64,000 bases of DNA from an uncultured Aliarcobacter sp. Its GTDB lineage: Bacteria > Campylobacterota > Campylobacteria > Campylobacterales > Arcobacteraceae. The number at the start of each line of letters is the position of its first letter. Position 1 is the stretch's first letter. Location: the NCBI GenBank assembly GCA_963664305.2, contig CAXXLV010000002.1:768001-832000 (forward strand), read 5' to 3'. The notes under the pieces are model-generated. The model ran no database searches. It worked only from the letters and a program-made list of their open reading frames with translations, and was not told where the DNA came from. Below are positions 1 to 9,996 of this stretch, in pieces. The translations under genes and the position numbers were made by a program.

Positions 1-246
1 ACTGCATGTGTTGCTTTCGCTAACCCTTATGCAAAATGTGCTACATGTCATGGTGCAAACGGTGAGAAAGCTGCTTTAGGTAAATCAAAAGTTATCAAAG
101 ATATGACTAAAGCTGATTTTGTTGCTGCATTAAAAGGTTACCAAGATGGAACTTATGGTGGAGTTCAAAAAGCATTAATGGTTGGTCAAGTTAAAGATAT
201 GACAGAAGCAACTATGAATGAGATTGCTGATTTAATCATCAAATAA
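1..246 (+). CDS. c-type cytochrome (c553-like), 5' partial
   Basis: Frame 1 reads ...AKCATCHGANGEKAALGKS...YGGVQKALMVGQV...IIK*, with a CxxCH haem motif and a distal Met. Confidence 0.85.
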   Translation, partial: TACVAFANPYAKCATCHGANGEKAALGKSKVIKDMTKADFVAALKGYQDGTYGGVQKALMVGQVKDMTEATMNEIADLIIK

Positions 247-271
247 TCCTCATTATTCAAAAACTAGAAGA

Positions 272-670
272 CTAGTTTTTGAATATTTTGCTCTTTTTTA
301 TCTCTTCTAATATATTCATTAGTTCTTTCTTTTCATCTAATAGCTGTTTTATTAATATATCTTTTTCGTCATCAATTTCAGGAATATTTTTTTGTTCTAA
401 TATTTTTCCTAAATGAAATTCAAAAAGACCTTTTTCAATAGAATAATCAACTTTTAAACACTCTATTGTGATTTGTGGTTTATCATTTCCTAAACCATTT
501 GTTATAAAAAGTTTTTTTATTTGTTTAATAGTATATGTTAATTTATCATCTTTTATAATAGGTTCAAGTAGCTCTTTTTTCCAATAATTATTATTTTCTT
601 TTTCTAATATATTGATTTTCTTTAATAAAACTTTATCAAATAACTCTTTATTTATAGAAAGTTTATACAC
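272..670 (-). CDS. hypothetical protein
   Basis: 132-aa ORF with AAGGA RBS; no motif recognised. Confidence 0.6.
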   Translation of the reverse strand: MYKLSINKELFDKVLLKKINILEKENNNYWKKELLEPIIKDDKLTYTIKQIKKLFITNGLGNDKPQITIECLKVDYSIEKGLFEFHLGKILEQKNIPEIDDEKDILIKQLLDEKKELMNILEEIKKSKIFKN

Positions 671-785
671 CCTATTCCTTAAATTTTTTGTTTACTATAA
701 CTATAAATTACTAAATTAAAAATATTACAACTAGCTTTAATTATAAAATGTTACAATCACAAAAAAAATTATTAAGGAAATTTAT

Positions 786-2060
786 ATGTTGAAAAACTAT
801 AAACAATTATCATTTATTTTTTTAATTACGATTTTATTTACTGCTTGTTCAATTAAAGAACCAATTGTTATTCCAAAAGAGAGTGATATAGTTGAACTTT
901 CAAAAAAAGCAAAAGATGATTTTATTAATCAAAATAAAGCTACAAATGATTATTTTATTAAATACTTTAAACCTTGGGATTCATCAAAAGTTTCATATCC
1001 TAAACTTGAAGCTATGTGGGGACAATCATATAAATATAAAAATGTTTATTTAGAAAATCATAAATTAGCAACAAGTGAATGGTTTGATAAACAAATAGCA
1101 AACTCTAATTTTGATGAATATAATGTTGTGCCTAAAAAAGCTATTATGTTAAAAAATGCAAATGTTAGAGTTCTTCCTACAAATTCACCTATGTTTTATG
1201 ACCCAACAAAACCAGGAGAAGGTTTTCCATTTGATTATAATCAAAACTCTTTAATTAAAATAAATACTCCAATTATTGTTTCTCATCTTTCAAAAGATAG
1301 AGCTTGGGCTTATATGGAGTCAAGTACAGTTGGAGGTTGGGTAGAAATAAATAGTATTGCTTTTGTAGATGATAATTTTATAAAAGAGTTCAAAAATTCT
1401 AACTATTATGTAAGTATTAAAGAAAAATTTCCTATTTATGACCCAGTATTTAGAGAATATGTAAAAGTTGCAACAATTTTCCCTAAAAAAGATGATAAAT
1501 ATATAATTGCAAAAACAGATGATAATCAAAAAGCAAAAATCACTTATATTTATTTAAATGAGGATGAAATTGAAGCTATGCCTATAGCTTATACTTCTGA
1601 AAATAGAGTAAAAATTTTAAATCAACTTCTGGATGAGCCTTATGGTTGGGGTGGATTATTAAATAATAGAGATTGTTCAAGTTTTACACAAGATTTTTTT
1701 GTTCCATTTGGAAAATATTTACATAGAAATTCTAAATCACAAACATCAAATGGAAATTATTTAGATATGTCAAAATTGACAATTGATGAAAAAAAAGATT
1801 TTATTAAAAAACATGGTGTACCTTTTTCTACATTAGTTTATTTAAAAGGTCATATTATGTTATATGCAGGTATTAAAGATAAGGAACCATTAGTAATACA
1901 CAATATTTGGAGTGTAAGATTAAAAGATAGTTCAGGAAGAAAATATAGAAATATTATTGGTAAAGCTACAATAACTACACTAGAACCAGGAAAAGAATTA
2001 AAAGATTTTGATGAAGATAACAATATCTTACGAAGAGTTTTAGGTATCACAATTTTATAA
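786..2060 (+). CDS. SH3b/NlpC-P60 lipoprotein (peptidoglycan endopeptidase)
   Basis: Lipobox FTAC; YGWGG...RDCSS catalytic Cys motif and GHIMLY. Confidence 0.9.
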   Translation: MLKNYKQLSFIFLITILFTACSIKEPIVIPKESDIVELSKKAKDDFINQNKATNDYFIKYFKPWDSSKVSYPKLEAMWGQSYKYKNVYLENHKLATSEWFDKQIANSNFDEYNVVPKKAIMLKNANVRVLPTNSPMFYDPTKPGEGFPFDYNQNSLIKINTPIIVSHLSKDRAWAYMESSTVGGWVEINSIAFVDDNFIKEFKNSNYYVSIKEKFPIYDPVFREYVKVATIFPKKDDKYIIAKTDDNQKAKITYIYLNEDEIEAMPIAYTSENRVKILNQLLDEPYGWGGLLNNRDCSSFTQDFFVPFGKYLHRNSKSQTSNGNYLDMSKLTIDEKKDFIKKHGVPFSTLVYLKGHIMLYAGIKDKEPLVIHNIWSVRLKDSSGRKYRNIIGKATITTLEPGKELKDFDEDNNILRRVLGITIL

Positions 2061-2083
2061 GCTTTAGAAAAATCTAAAGCTTA
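2058..2083. terminator. bidirectional intrinsic terminator-like hairpin
   Basis: TAAGCTTTAGA-aaaa-TCTAAAGCTTA perfect inverted repeat between convergent genes. Confidence 0.7.
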
Positions 2084-2086
2084 TTT

Positions 2087-5000
2087 CTAACTTTTTCTTA
2101 AATAAAATATCCTATAAATCATAGGCACAAAATATAGATTTAAAACTGTTGCCCATAAGATTCCAAAACCTAAAGAAACAGCCATTGGTTGAAGTATTAA
2201 AGCTTGTCCAGATGCGAAAAATATCAATGTCCCAAGTCCTAATACAGTTGTAATTGAAGTTAATAAAATTGGTCTTAATCTCATTTTTGCTAAAGATACC
2301 AGCTCTTCAAGATTTTTTGCTTTTTTAATAAAATCCATCATGATAATTCCATCATTTACAATAACACCAGCAAGTCCTACCATTCCAATTAAACTTGGCA
2401 TTGTAATATTTATATTCATGATTAAATGCCCTATTAAAACACCTAAAATTGATAAAGGAATTGTTGTTAATATTATCAAAGGTTTTAAAACTGAATCAAA
2501 CATCCAAATAAGTGCCATAAAAATTAAAACAATTGCAATAATTGCAGCTTGTGCCATCTCTCTTTGCACTTTTTCATTCTCTTCTTGTTCACCTTTTATT
2601 GAAATATTTACATTTTTTCTAAGTTCTATAATTTCATCATTAATTTTTTCAAATAACTCAGCTGATGTTATTTTTGTAAGTGATGCAGTTACACTTATAA
2701 TTTGTTCACTATTTTCTTTAAAAATTTGTGAATAAGAAGGTATTTTTATAAAATCTGCAACTTCTTTTAATAACACTTTTTCATTGTTTGAAGTGTTTAT
2801 TGTAAAACTATCTAGGCTCTCTAAAATATCTTTTTTTGAACTTTCAAAAACAATATCAATTAAACCATCTCTATCAAACATTTTAGAGTAAGAAGCTTTT
2901 AAATAAAAAGGTCTTAGTTGATTTAAAATTGTCTCTTCTGTTATCCCTAAACTATTTCCATAAGAGTTAACTTTAAATTTTAATTCATAATTTCCAACAA
3001 TAGAATCATCTGCAATATTTGAAACACCTTCTACTTGATGTAAACTAGCTTTTAGTTTTTCAACAGCGTTTAAAACTTCTTCTTTTTTTCCAGAAACTGC
3101 TATTTCAACATCATTTTTTACAATTCCAGTTTGAGGAACAAATACTTTTAACTCTTCAAATTTTCCAGATTTTACATCTGTTTCTAAAATCTTTTTCAAT
3201 TCATTTTCAACATCTTGAGCACTTACAGTTCTAATCATATTTGAATCATCATATTTTGGAGATAAATATGGATTTATATACTTTTCAAAGAAATTTTCAG
3301 CAGCACGTTCATGTAAATTTACAAATACATGAAAATAAAACTCTTCATAATGTGGTAAATTTTTTCCATCAAGTTTCATTCCAATAACTGAACTAACAGA
3401 GTTTATACTATTTTTAAAATCCATTGAAGTTAGCATTTTCTTTTCAAGTTCTAAAACTAACTCTTCTGTTTGTTCTATTTTTTTACCAACTCCAACAGAA
3501 CCTGTTATATAAACTTGAGTCGAATCAAATGATGGCATAAATTTAAATTTTTGTGTTTTAAATATCATTATTGAACCAATGATAATTAAAAACACCATTA
3601 AAAATATTGCTATATATTTACCTTTTAATAAAAACTCTAAAATATTTCCATAAAGTTTATAATTAAAATCCCAAATTTTATGAGATTTCTTTTCAGCAGG
3701 ATTTACTTTTAAAATATCTTTTGCATGTAATGGTAAAAAGAAAAAGGCTTCAAATAAAGAACTAAGAAGTAAAATACTAATCATTACAGGAAGAATTTGC
3801 ATAAATTTTCCTACTTCTCCTGTCATTAGTAAAATTGGTAAAAAGGCAAATATTGTCGTTGCCGTTGCTGTTAAAACAGCTGGATACATTTCTAATGCTC
3901 CATCTCTTGCTGCACTAAATTTATCTTTTCCCATTTCAAGATGTCTATAAATATTTTCTCCAACAACAATTGCTTCATCAACTAACATTCCAAGGGCAAT
4001 TAAAGCTCCTAAAAGTGAAAGCATATTTAAGCTATATCCTAAATATTCAGCAAAAATTAGTCCAATCATAAATGATGTTGGAATTCCAATAGCTATAACA
4101 ATAGCTATTCTTAAATTTATGAAATAATATAAAGCTATACACAATAAAATAAGTCCAAAAAGAATATTTGAAACAACTGTATTTAGCCTATTTTTAATCC
4201 AAATAGAAGTATCTATATATGTATCAAATTCTAAATTTTCATATTTTTTTTCAAAATCTTTTGTTATTTGTTTTATTTGTTTAACTAATTCAATTGCATC
4301 ACCTTGAAAACCTTTGTTTATAGAAACTGCAATATTTGTATTACCATTAAAATGAGAGATATTTGAAACATCAGCTAATTCATATTTTATTTCAGCAATA
4401 TCTTTTAAATAAATTGATTTTCCATTGATTTTTATAATTGTATTTTTTATTTTTTCAACATCTTTTTCACCATTAAATGTAGATAAATAATAGTGTGTTG
4501 AACTATCTTTAATCATACCTATTGGAAAAATTGAACTCAATGAAGATAAGGCATTGATTACTGAAACTTTTTCAAAACCATAAGCATTGATTTTTTCATC
4601 ATTTAATATCATCAAAAGTTCTTTATCACTCTCTCCTAATACTTGAACTTGTGATAAATCTTTTAGTTGCATAACTTTAGATTTTACCTCTTTAGCAACT
4701 TCAATTAAATACTCTTTAGAATCATGATTTTTTGAATAAACAGCAACGGTGATTAAAGGGAACGCAAACTCAACAGCTTTTACTGTTGGTTCATCCATAT
4801 CAGAAGGTAAATTTGTTTTTATTTTTGTGATAATATCTTTTACATCATCTAAAATATCTTTTGCTTTATATCCATCTTTTAAATCTACATTTATTGTAAA
4901 ACTTCCATTTTTTATAGTTGATGAAATAGTATCAGCACTACTTAAACTCAATAATTCATCTTCAATTTCTGAAACAGCAATTTTATCAAGTAACTCTGAA

Positions 5001-5170
5001 CTTGCTCCTGAATAAGCTCCATTTATAACTACTGCATCCATAGCAGAAGGTGGAAAAATCTCTTTTGGAATTTTTAAATAAGAAAAAATAGATAAAAGAA
5101 ATATAAAAAAAAGAATAAAATGATTTAAGAGAGGTTTTCGTAAGGAAAACTCAATCATCGCTTTTATCAT
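2087..5170 (-). CDS. RND efflux transporter, AcrB/AcrD/AcrF family
   Basis: 1027 aa with two TM bundles; GMLVDEAIVVGENI and RLRPILLTSITT motifs. Confidence 0.92.
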   Translation of the reverse strand: MIKAMIEFSLRKPLLNHFILFFIFLLSIFSYLKIPKEIFPPSAMDAVVINGAYSGASSELLDKIAVSEIEDELLSLSSADTISSTIKNGSFTINVDLKDGYKAKDILDDVKDIITKIKTNLPSDMDEPTVKAVEFAFPLITVAVYSKNHDSKEYLIEVAKEVKSKVMQLKDLSQVQVLGESDKELLMILNDEKINAYGFEKVSVINALSSLSSIFPIGMIKDSSTHYYLSTFNGEKDVEKIKNTIIKINGKSIYLKDIAEIKYELADVSNISHFNGNTNIAVSINKGFQGDAIELVKQIKQITKDFEKKYENLEFDTYIDTSIWIKNRLNTVVSNILFGLILLCIALYYFINLRIAIVIAIGIPTSFMIGLIFAEYLGYSLNMLSLLGALIALGMLVDEAIVVGENIYRHLEMGKDKFSAARDGALEMYPAVLTATATTIFAFLPILLMTGEVGKFMQILPVMISILLLSSLFEAFFFLPLHAKDILKVNPAEKKSHKIWDFNYKLYGNILEFLLKGKYIAIFLMVFLIIIGSIMIFKTQKFKFMPSFDSTQVYITGSVGVGKKIEQTEELVLELEKKMLTSMDFKNSINSVSSVIGMKLDGKNLPHYEEFYFHVFVNLHERAAENFFEKYINPYLSPKYDDSNMIRTVSAQDVENELKKILETDVKSGKFEELKVFVPQTGIVKNDVEIAVSGKKEEVLNAVEKLKASLHQVEGVSNIADDSIVGNYELKFKVNSYGNSLGITEETILNQLRPFYLKASYSKMFDRDGLIDIVFESSKKDILESLDSFTINTSNNEKVLLKEVADFIKIPSYSQIFKENSEQIISVTASLTKITSAELFEKINDEIIELRKNVNISIKGEQEENEKVQREMAQAAIIAIVLIFMALIWMFDSVLKPLIILTTIPLSILGVLIGHLIMNINITMPSLIGMVGLAGVIVNDGIIMMDFIKKAKNLEELVSLAKMRLRPILLTSITTVLGLGTLIFFASGQALILQPMAVSLGFGILWATVLNLYFVPMIYRIFYLRKS

Positions 5171-5450
5171 CAGTCTTTTCCAAGTTTAAATTTTTATTAT
5201 TTAGTTTATCTAATGGATTAAATAGTAAAGAATCCATAATTTGATTTTTAAATTTCATATCTTCCAATTGTTGAGCAAGGAAAGTATTTTCCTCTTGAAG
5301 TGAAATATAATGGGCATATAATTTATTGATATCTTTACTTGTGTAATAAATATTATTTCTTATATATATTTTTGGAAAATATATAAACAATGCTAAAAAT
5401 AATATTCCAAATACTATATTTAAAGCGCTTCTTGCTGTTAATTTAGTCAA
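5151..5450 (-). CDS. ftsL: FtsL-like cell division protein
   Basis: Single TM plus coiled coil, directly downstream of rsmH (conserved synteny). Confidence 0.6.
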   Translation of the reverse strand: MTKLTARSALNIVFGILFLALFIYFPKIYIRNNIYYTSKDINKLYAHYISLQEENTFLAQQLEDMKFKNQIMDSLLFNPLDKLNNKNLNLEKTDDKSDD

Positions 5451-6345
5451 ATTTGAAAATCCTTAATTTAGAACTTCTACTTCGTGGGTTTTGTTTGATT
5501 TCTTTTGCAGTTGGAATTATAGGTTTTTTTGTAATAATTTTCCCTAAAGCGTGATTATTTCCACATTCACATCTAAAAACACCTTCAGGACAAATACAAG
5601 ATTTACTCCATTTTTTAAAATAGTTTTTAACTATTCTATCTTCTAAAGAGTGAAAAGAGATAATTGCTACTATACAATTTCTAAATTTTGCTTTTTCCAA
5701 AGAATCAAAAAGCCTTTCAAGAACACCTAATTCATCATTTACTTCTATTCTAATTCCCTGAAAAGGAAGAGTTGCTGGATGAAGTTTTCCTTTTGACATC
5801 TTTTTAGAAAGAAGTTCAGAAATCTCTTTTGCACTATTAAAAGGTCTATTATTTACTATTAATGAAGCAACTTTTTTATACTCTTTTACTTCACCATACT
5901 CTTTAAATATTCTTTCTAATTCTGTTTGAGAGTATGTATTTACAACAGTTGCTGCATCTAAACTTTGATTTTGATTCATTCTCATATCAAGTGTTTCACT
6001 CTCAAATCCAAAACCACGGTCAAGTTTATCAAGTTGTAAAGAAGATACTCCAATATCAGCTAAAACTCCTCTAATATCATAATCTTTAAAAGTTTCTATA
6101 ACGTGTTCAAAATTTCCTTTATTAAAAATCACCCTATTTTCAAAATTTTCTAGTCTTTTTTTACTAAAAGCCAAAGCTTCATCATCTTGGTCATTACAAA
6201 TTAATTTTATATTATTATTTTGATTTAACAAACCATTACTATGACCTGCAAAACCTGTTGTACAATCTATTATATAACCTTCATTTATATCTTTAAAAGC
6301 TTCTAAAGTTTCATGATATAAAACAGGTATATGGGGAATATTCAT
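5443..6345 (-). CDS. rsmH: 16S rRNA m4C1402 methyltransferase
   Basis: HIPVL, DIGVSSLQLD, LDMRM, ISFHSLEDRIVK and NPRSRSSKLR motifs. Confidence 0.97.
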   Translation of the reverse strand: MNIPHIPVLYHETLEAFKDINEGYIIDCTTGFAGHSNGLLNQNNNIKLICNDQDDEALAFSKKRLENFENRVIFNKGNFEHVIETFKDYDIRGVLADIGVSSLQLDKLDRGFGFESETLDMRMNQNQSLDAATVVNTYSQTELERIFKEYGEVKEYKKVASLIVNNRPFNSAKEISELLSKKMSKGKLHPATLPFQGIRIEVNDELGVLERLFDSLEKAKFRNCIVAIISFHSLEDRIVKNYFKKWSKSCICPEGVFRCECGNNHALGKIITKKPIIPTAKEIKQNPRSRSSKLRIFKFD

Positions 6346-6406
6346 TAAAATGGTCCTTATTTAAATTAGTATATAATACCTAAAAATATATTCAAGGGCT
6401 TTTAAA

Positions 6407-6985
6407 ATGATTGAAAAAGATACTATAAAATTACTCTCTGATTTATCTTTAACAATGTTTAGTAAAAACTTTTTTGGTATCTATCATGGTGCTATATCTA
6501 CAAAGATTGATCAATATAATTTTATAATAAATACTAGCGATGCAATTTTTGATAAAATGGATGAAAAATCATTTTGTGCTTTAAATATAAATAAACAAGA
6601 TTATAGATGGAATATTGCAAGTATGGAATCAGATATTCATGCAACAATTTATGCAAATATCCATGAAGCAAAATATATAGCATTTGGAATGCCAATTTAT
6701 ACAACTGCTTATACTTTTGAACATGATAAAATCGTTTTTGAAGATTTTTTTGGAAAAACAATTTTTGGAGAGATTGATATATATAATCCTGGTGATTTTT
6801 CAACATGGTATAAAAGAAACGCTCTTGAAATTACTAAATATTTAAAAGAATCAAATAATAATATTATGGTAATAAAAGGTATAGGTACTTATGTATATGA
6901 TAGAGACGTTCATGAACTAGTAAAAAAGATTGCAATTCTTGAAAATTCATGCAGACTTTTAAGTATAAAAAGCTCTTTCCAATAA
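6407..6985 (+). CDS. class II aldolase/adducin-family protein
   Basis: HGAIS...ASMESDIHATIY pattern. Confidence 0.75.
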   Translation: MIEKDTIKLLSDLSLTMFSKNFFGIYHGAISTKIDQYNFIINTSDAIFDKMDEKSFCALNINKQDYRWNIASMESDIHATIYANIHEAKYIAFGMPIYTTAYTFEHDKIVFEDFFGKTIFGEIDIYNPGDFSTWYKRNALEITKYLKESNNNIMVIKGIGTYVYDRDVHELVKKIAILENSCRLLSIKSSFQ

Positions 6986-7106
6986 AAAAAAGTAAATCTT
7001 GATTATTTTTCTTGTAATTTCAGCTTTAAACCCCGAAATTTTAGCTATTTCAAAGCTTAAATACTATAAAGTTTTCACAATTTAATTTTATACAAGGAGT
7101 TCATCC

Positions 7107-7385
7107 ATGAACAAGGCAGAATTTATCGATGCAGTAGCTGCAAAAGCTGGTTTATCTAAAAAAGATGCAAAAGGTGCTGTTGATGCTGTTTTAGACACAA
7201 TTACTGAATCTTTAGTAAAAAAAGAATCTGTAAGCTTTATTGGATTCGGTACATTTGCAGTTGCAGATAGAGCTGCAAGAACAGCAAAAGTTCCAGGTAC
7301 TGATAAAACTGTTGAAGTACCAGCTACAACTGTTGCAAAATTTAAAGTTGGAAAAGCTCTTAAAGAAGCTGTATCAGCAAAATAA
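7107..7385 (+). CDS. hup: DNA-binding protein HU
   Basis: MNKAEFIDAVA...GFGTF...FKVGKALKEAV. Confidence 0.97.
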   Translation: MNKAEFIDAVAAKAGLSKKDAKGAVDAVLDTITESLVKKESVSFIGFGTFAVADRAARTAKVPGTDKTVEVPATTVAKFKVGKALKEAVSAK

Positions 7386-7396
7386 TCTCTTCTTCT

Positions 7397-7431
7397 AAAA
7401 AGAATCCATTTTTTAATGGGTTCTTTTTTTT
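7397..7431 (+). terminator. intrinsic terminator after hup
   Basis: AAAAAGAATCCATT...AATGGGTTCTTTTTTT hairpin with U tract. Confidence 0.75.
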
Positions 7432-7445
7432 ATTCTCTAAAAAAT

Positions 7446-7486
7446 GCCGCTATGGTGAAATTGGTAGACACAAGGGATTCAAAATC
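7446..7486 (+). pseudogene. 5' half of host tRNA-Leu(CAA), left attachment site
   Basis: GCCGCTA-TGGTGAAATTGGTAGACAC-A-AGGGA-TTCAAAA-TC, then non-tRNA sequence; the 5' acceptor strand GCCGCTA pairs with TAGCGGT at 62066-62072. Confidence 0.93.
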
Positions 7487-7568
7487 GCAAGAGAAAGTAA
7501 TTTAAAAGCCTATAAATAGGTTTTAATTTGTTTTAGGTACGTAAAAAAGGTACACAATTTATTTATAT

Positions 7569-7652
7569 GGCTCTGTGGCGGAATTGGTAGACGCGTACGA
7601 TTCAAAATCGTATTCCACTGGAGTGCCGGTTCGATCCCGGCCAGGGCTACCA
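7569..7652 (+). tRNA. tRNA-Leu(CAA), intact, island-borne
   Basis: Acceptor GGCTCTG/CAGGGCT, anticodon arm TACGA-TTCAAAA-TCGTA, long variable arm, T arm GCCGG-TTCGATC-CCGGC, encoded ACCA. Confidence 0.95.
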
Positions 7653-7659
7653 TAATTAA

Positions 7660-7845
7660 TTATGATAGATTATCCTCGATATAATTGAGTACATCATCTC
7701 TAAGTATAAAATGTTTTACACCCACTTTAAATGATCTTAACTTTTTAAGTTTAATTAATTTTTTTGCAGTTGTTACTTTTATAAAACCTAATTCATCTAA
7801 TTCTTTCAATGAAAAAGAAATTCTTCTTGGTAATAATTCTTCCAT
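7660..7845 (-). CDS. excisionase-like HTH protein
   Basis: 61 aa basic protein with KLRSFKVGVKHFILRDDVLNY, typical of Xis/HTH_17; located at the island end. Confidence 0.75.
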   Translation of the reverse strand: MEELLPRRISFSLKELDELGFIKVTTAKKLIKLKKLRSFKVGVKHFILRDDVLNYIEDNLS

Positions 7846-7846
7846 T

Positions 7847-9040
7847 TTATACTCCTACTTTATCATCGTTTAGCACTTTTGCAAGTTTTTCTGTTTCTTT
7901 TTCAATCCAATAAAAAATTGAATTTTTCTCACTTGCAACTTTTTCATAATTCCATTTTCCTTTATTTCCCCAGATTTGTAGCCATTTTATAGCCCTTTTA
8001 TCTCCAAGTCCAATAGATTCTCTTACAATTTTAGTTTCCTTCATCAAATCACTCTGATTAATTTTTTCATTAAGATCTTTTAAAATATCACTTACAATTT
8101 TTATAAAAAAATATTCTTGCTGACTGATATTTGATTCTTCAAAATCTACTTCAATCAAAGAAATCGTTTCCTCCTCATATTGAAAAGCCTTCGATTGAAT
8201 TAAATTATCTCGATCTTTTTTAACATGAAATAGCCAAGTATTACTTTGATCATTCTTAGTGATCAAAATTTGATAATCAAGATCTCTTTTCCATTCAAAA
8301 CTTCCGTGATAATCCGCAGTTTGTCCATCTCTAACACGATGTGAATGATGGATTATTATTGGTGTTGAACCTTGACTTCTAAGAATTCTAATTACATCAA
8401 ATAATTCTTTTAATTTTACTCTTTCTTTTCTACTTCCATCATATACAAAATGAGAGCCACTATCTATCACAATCATTTTACCTTTATTTTTATCTCCATC
8501 TAAAACAAGTTCTTTTAAAGCGTCTATTGCTTCCATTTCTTGTATAATTTCATTGCCAAGTAGGTAATCAAATTTTCCATCTCCCCATTTTTCTGCAAGT
8601 TGATCATATCTTCGTTTTTTTAAACTACTTAAACAATTATCAAAATCAAAGAAAATTGCACCACTTATATTCTTATTTTCTAATCCATAATTTGCAAAAG
8701 CAGTGCACATTAATGTTTTTCCTATTCCAGTGTCTCCAAATAACATAATATTTTTTCCTGATTCAAGTAAATTAGGATAAATAAATTGTGGATTTTCCTC
8801 TATCTTAGAAGTTTTTTCCAAACTTAATCTAAATTTTTTAAGTTTTTCAATCCCTTGTATTTTACTGTTTTGATTTTCAATGTTTAATTCTTCAATTTTT
8901 TTCTGAATTATTTGCCTTTGATTTTCATTTACATGAGAACTTCTTTTCAATTCTTCTAAATCTTTAATTTTTTTACTTTGAATTCTTTTTTTTATAACTT
9001 CATATTCAATTTTTTCAATTTCAATATTTAAATTTTCCAT
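7847..9040 (-). CDS. RecA-like AAA ATPase (RepA/AAA_25-type helicase)
   Basis: Walker A GDTGIGKT, VIDS, IIHH...R and HGSFEW motifs. Confidence 0.7.
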   Translation of the reverse strand: MENLNIEIEKIEYEVIKKRIQSKKIKDLEELKRSSHVNENQRQIIQKKIEELNIENQNSKIQGIEKLKKFRLSLEKTSKIEENPQFIYPNLLESGKNIMLFGDTGIGKTLMCTAFANYGLENKNISGAIFFDFDNCLSSLKKRRYDQLAEKWGDGKFDYLLGNEIIQEMEAIDALKELVLDGDKNKGKMIVIDSGSHFVYDGSRKERVKLKELFDVIRILRSQGSTPIIIHHSHRVRDGQTADYHGSFEWKRDLDYQILITKNDQSNTWLFHVKKDRDNLIQSKAFQYEEETISLIEVDFEESNISQQEYFFIKIVSDILKDLNEKINQSDLMKETKIVRESIGLGDKRAIKWLQIWGNKGKWNYEKVASEKNSIFYWIEKETEKLAKVLNDDKVGV

Positions 9041-9042
9041 CT

Positions 9043-9732
9043 TTAGGCAATCTCTTCTTTTATATAAAAATATAAGTAAAGCTGATTATTTATTCTTTTT
9101 CTTAGATTCTTAAATTGTGATGATAATTCTGATTCAATAAAATAAGAAAGATTTATATCTAATTTTTCACTAAGTTCTTTTATCTCTTCGAATGTAAGTT
9201 CAAATTTACTTTCTAAAGTTTTGATATGTTCAATAATAAGATTTGGCTCATCTTTTGCTAATTTTTTTAAATCTCTCACTGTAAAATCAATTTCATGATT
9301 TTCATATATGTCAGCCATAATCCAAATTTGAAAATTTAAAAGATTAATTTTTCTCTTTGAATCGAAAAGATTCTTAATATTATTTAGTAAACGCTGTTTA
9401 ATTTTATTAAAAACTTTAATATTACTATCTTCCTTATTTTCAAAAAAGCATTTTTTATTTTTTGTAATACTTTTTTTTATCTGTCTCAATGTTGCTTCAA
9501 TAGCCAACTTATAGCATAATTCAAAATCTATTTGATTTAAATATCCTCCTGTTTTATAAAAAAATTCTTCAACTTCTTCTTTCATTAACATATAAGTTAT
9601 TGAATCAACATTTGTTAATTCTTCTATCCAATCACTTTTTGTGAATGCATTAAATAGAAATGAAAATTGATTTTTATTTCTTTTTTTGCTATTATCGTTA
9701 GAAAAAGATTTTAATTGTGCATTTTTTCTCAT
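9043..9732 (-). CDS. hypothetical protein, first gene of the leftward operon
   Basis: 229-aa ORF with AAGGA RBS, 2 bp from the next gene. Confidence 0.6.
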   Translation of the reverse strand: MRKNAQLKSFSNDNSKKRNKNQFSFLFNAFTKSDWIEELTNVDSITYMLMKEEVEEFFYKTGGYLNQIDFELCYKLAIEATLRQIKKSITKNKKCFFENKEDSNIKVFNKIKQRLLNNIKNLFDSKRKINLLNFQIWIMADIYENHEIDFTVRDLKKLAKDEPNLIIEHIKTLESKFELTFEEIKELSEKLDINLSYFIESELSSQFKNLRKRINNQLYLYFYIKEEIA

Positions 9733-9960
9733 TTTTAATCCTTTTTATTTTTGATTAGAGTGTAATTTAGAATTAAGTTTGCAGACCCTATTTATAAATT
9801 ACACTCTTTATTTATATTTTTATTACTTTTAATACTACATATCACCCTCTCCAAACAAAATCTATAAACTATTATTGACTTTCTATTTTTTTAATCTCAT
9901 TTTAATGTGAATTAATCGTAAAATCACTATAATCATTTATTGAGTATATATTTCAATATA

Positions 9961-9976
9961 ATACTCATATGAGTAT
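9961..9976. promoter_or_regulatory. palindromic operator candidate for the XRE repressor
   Basis: Perfect 16-bp palindrome ATACTCATATGAGTAT between divergent genes, overlapping a TATAAT. Confidence 0.55.
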
Positions 9977-9996
9977 AATATTATATAACGATTAAT

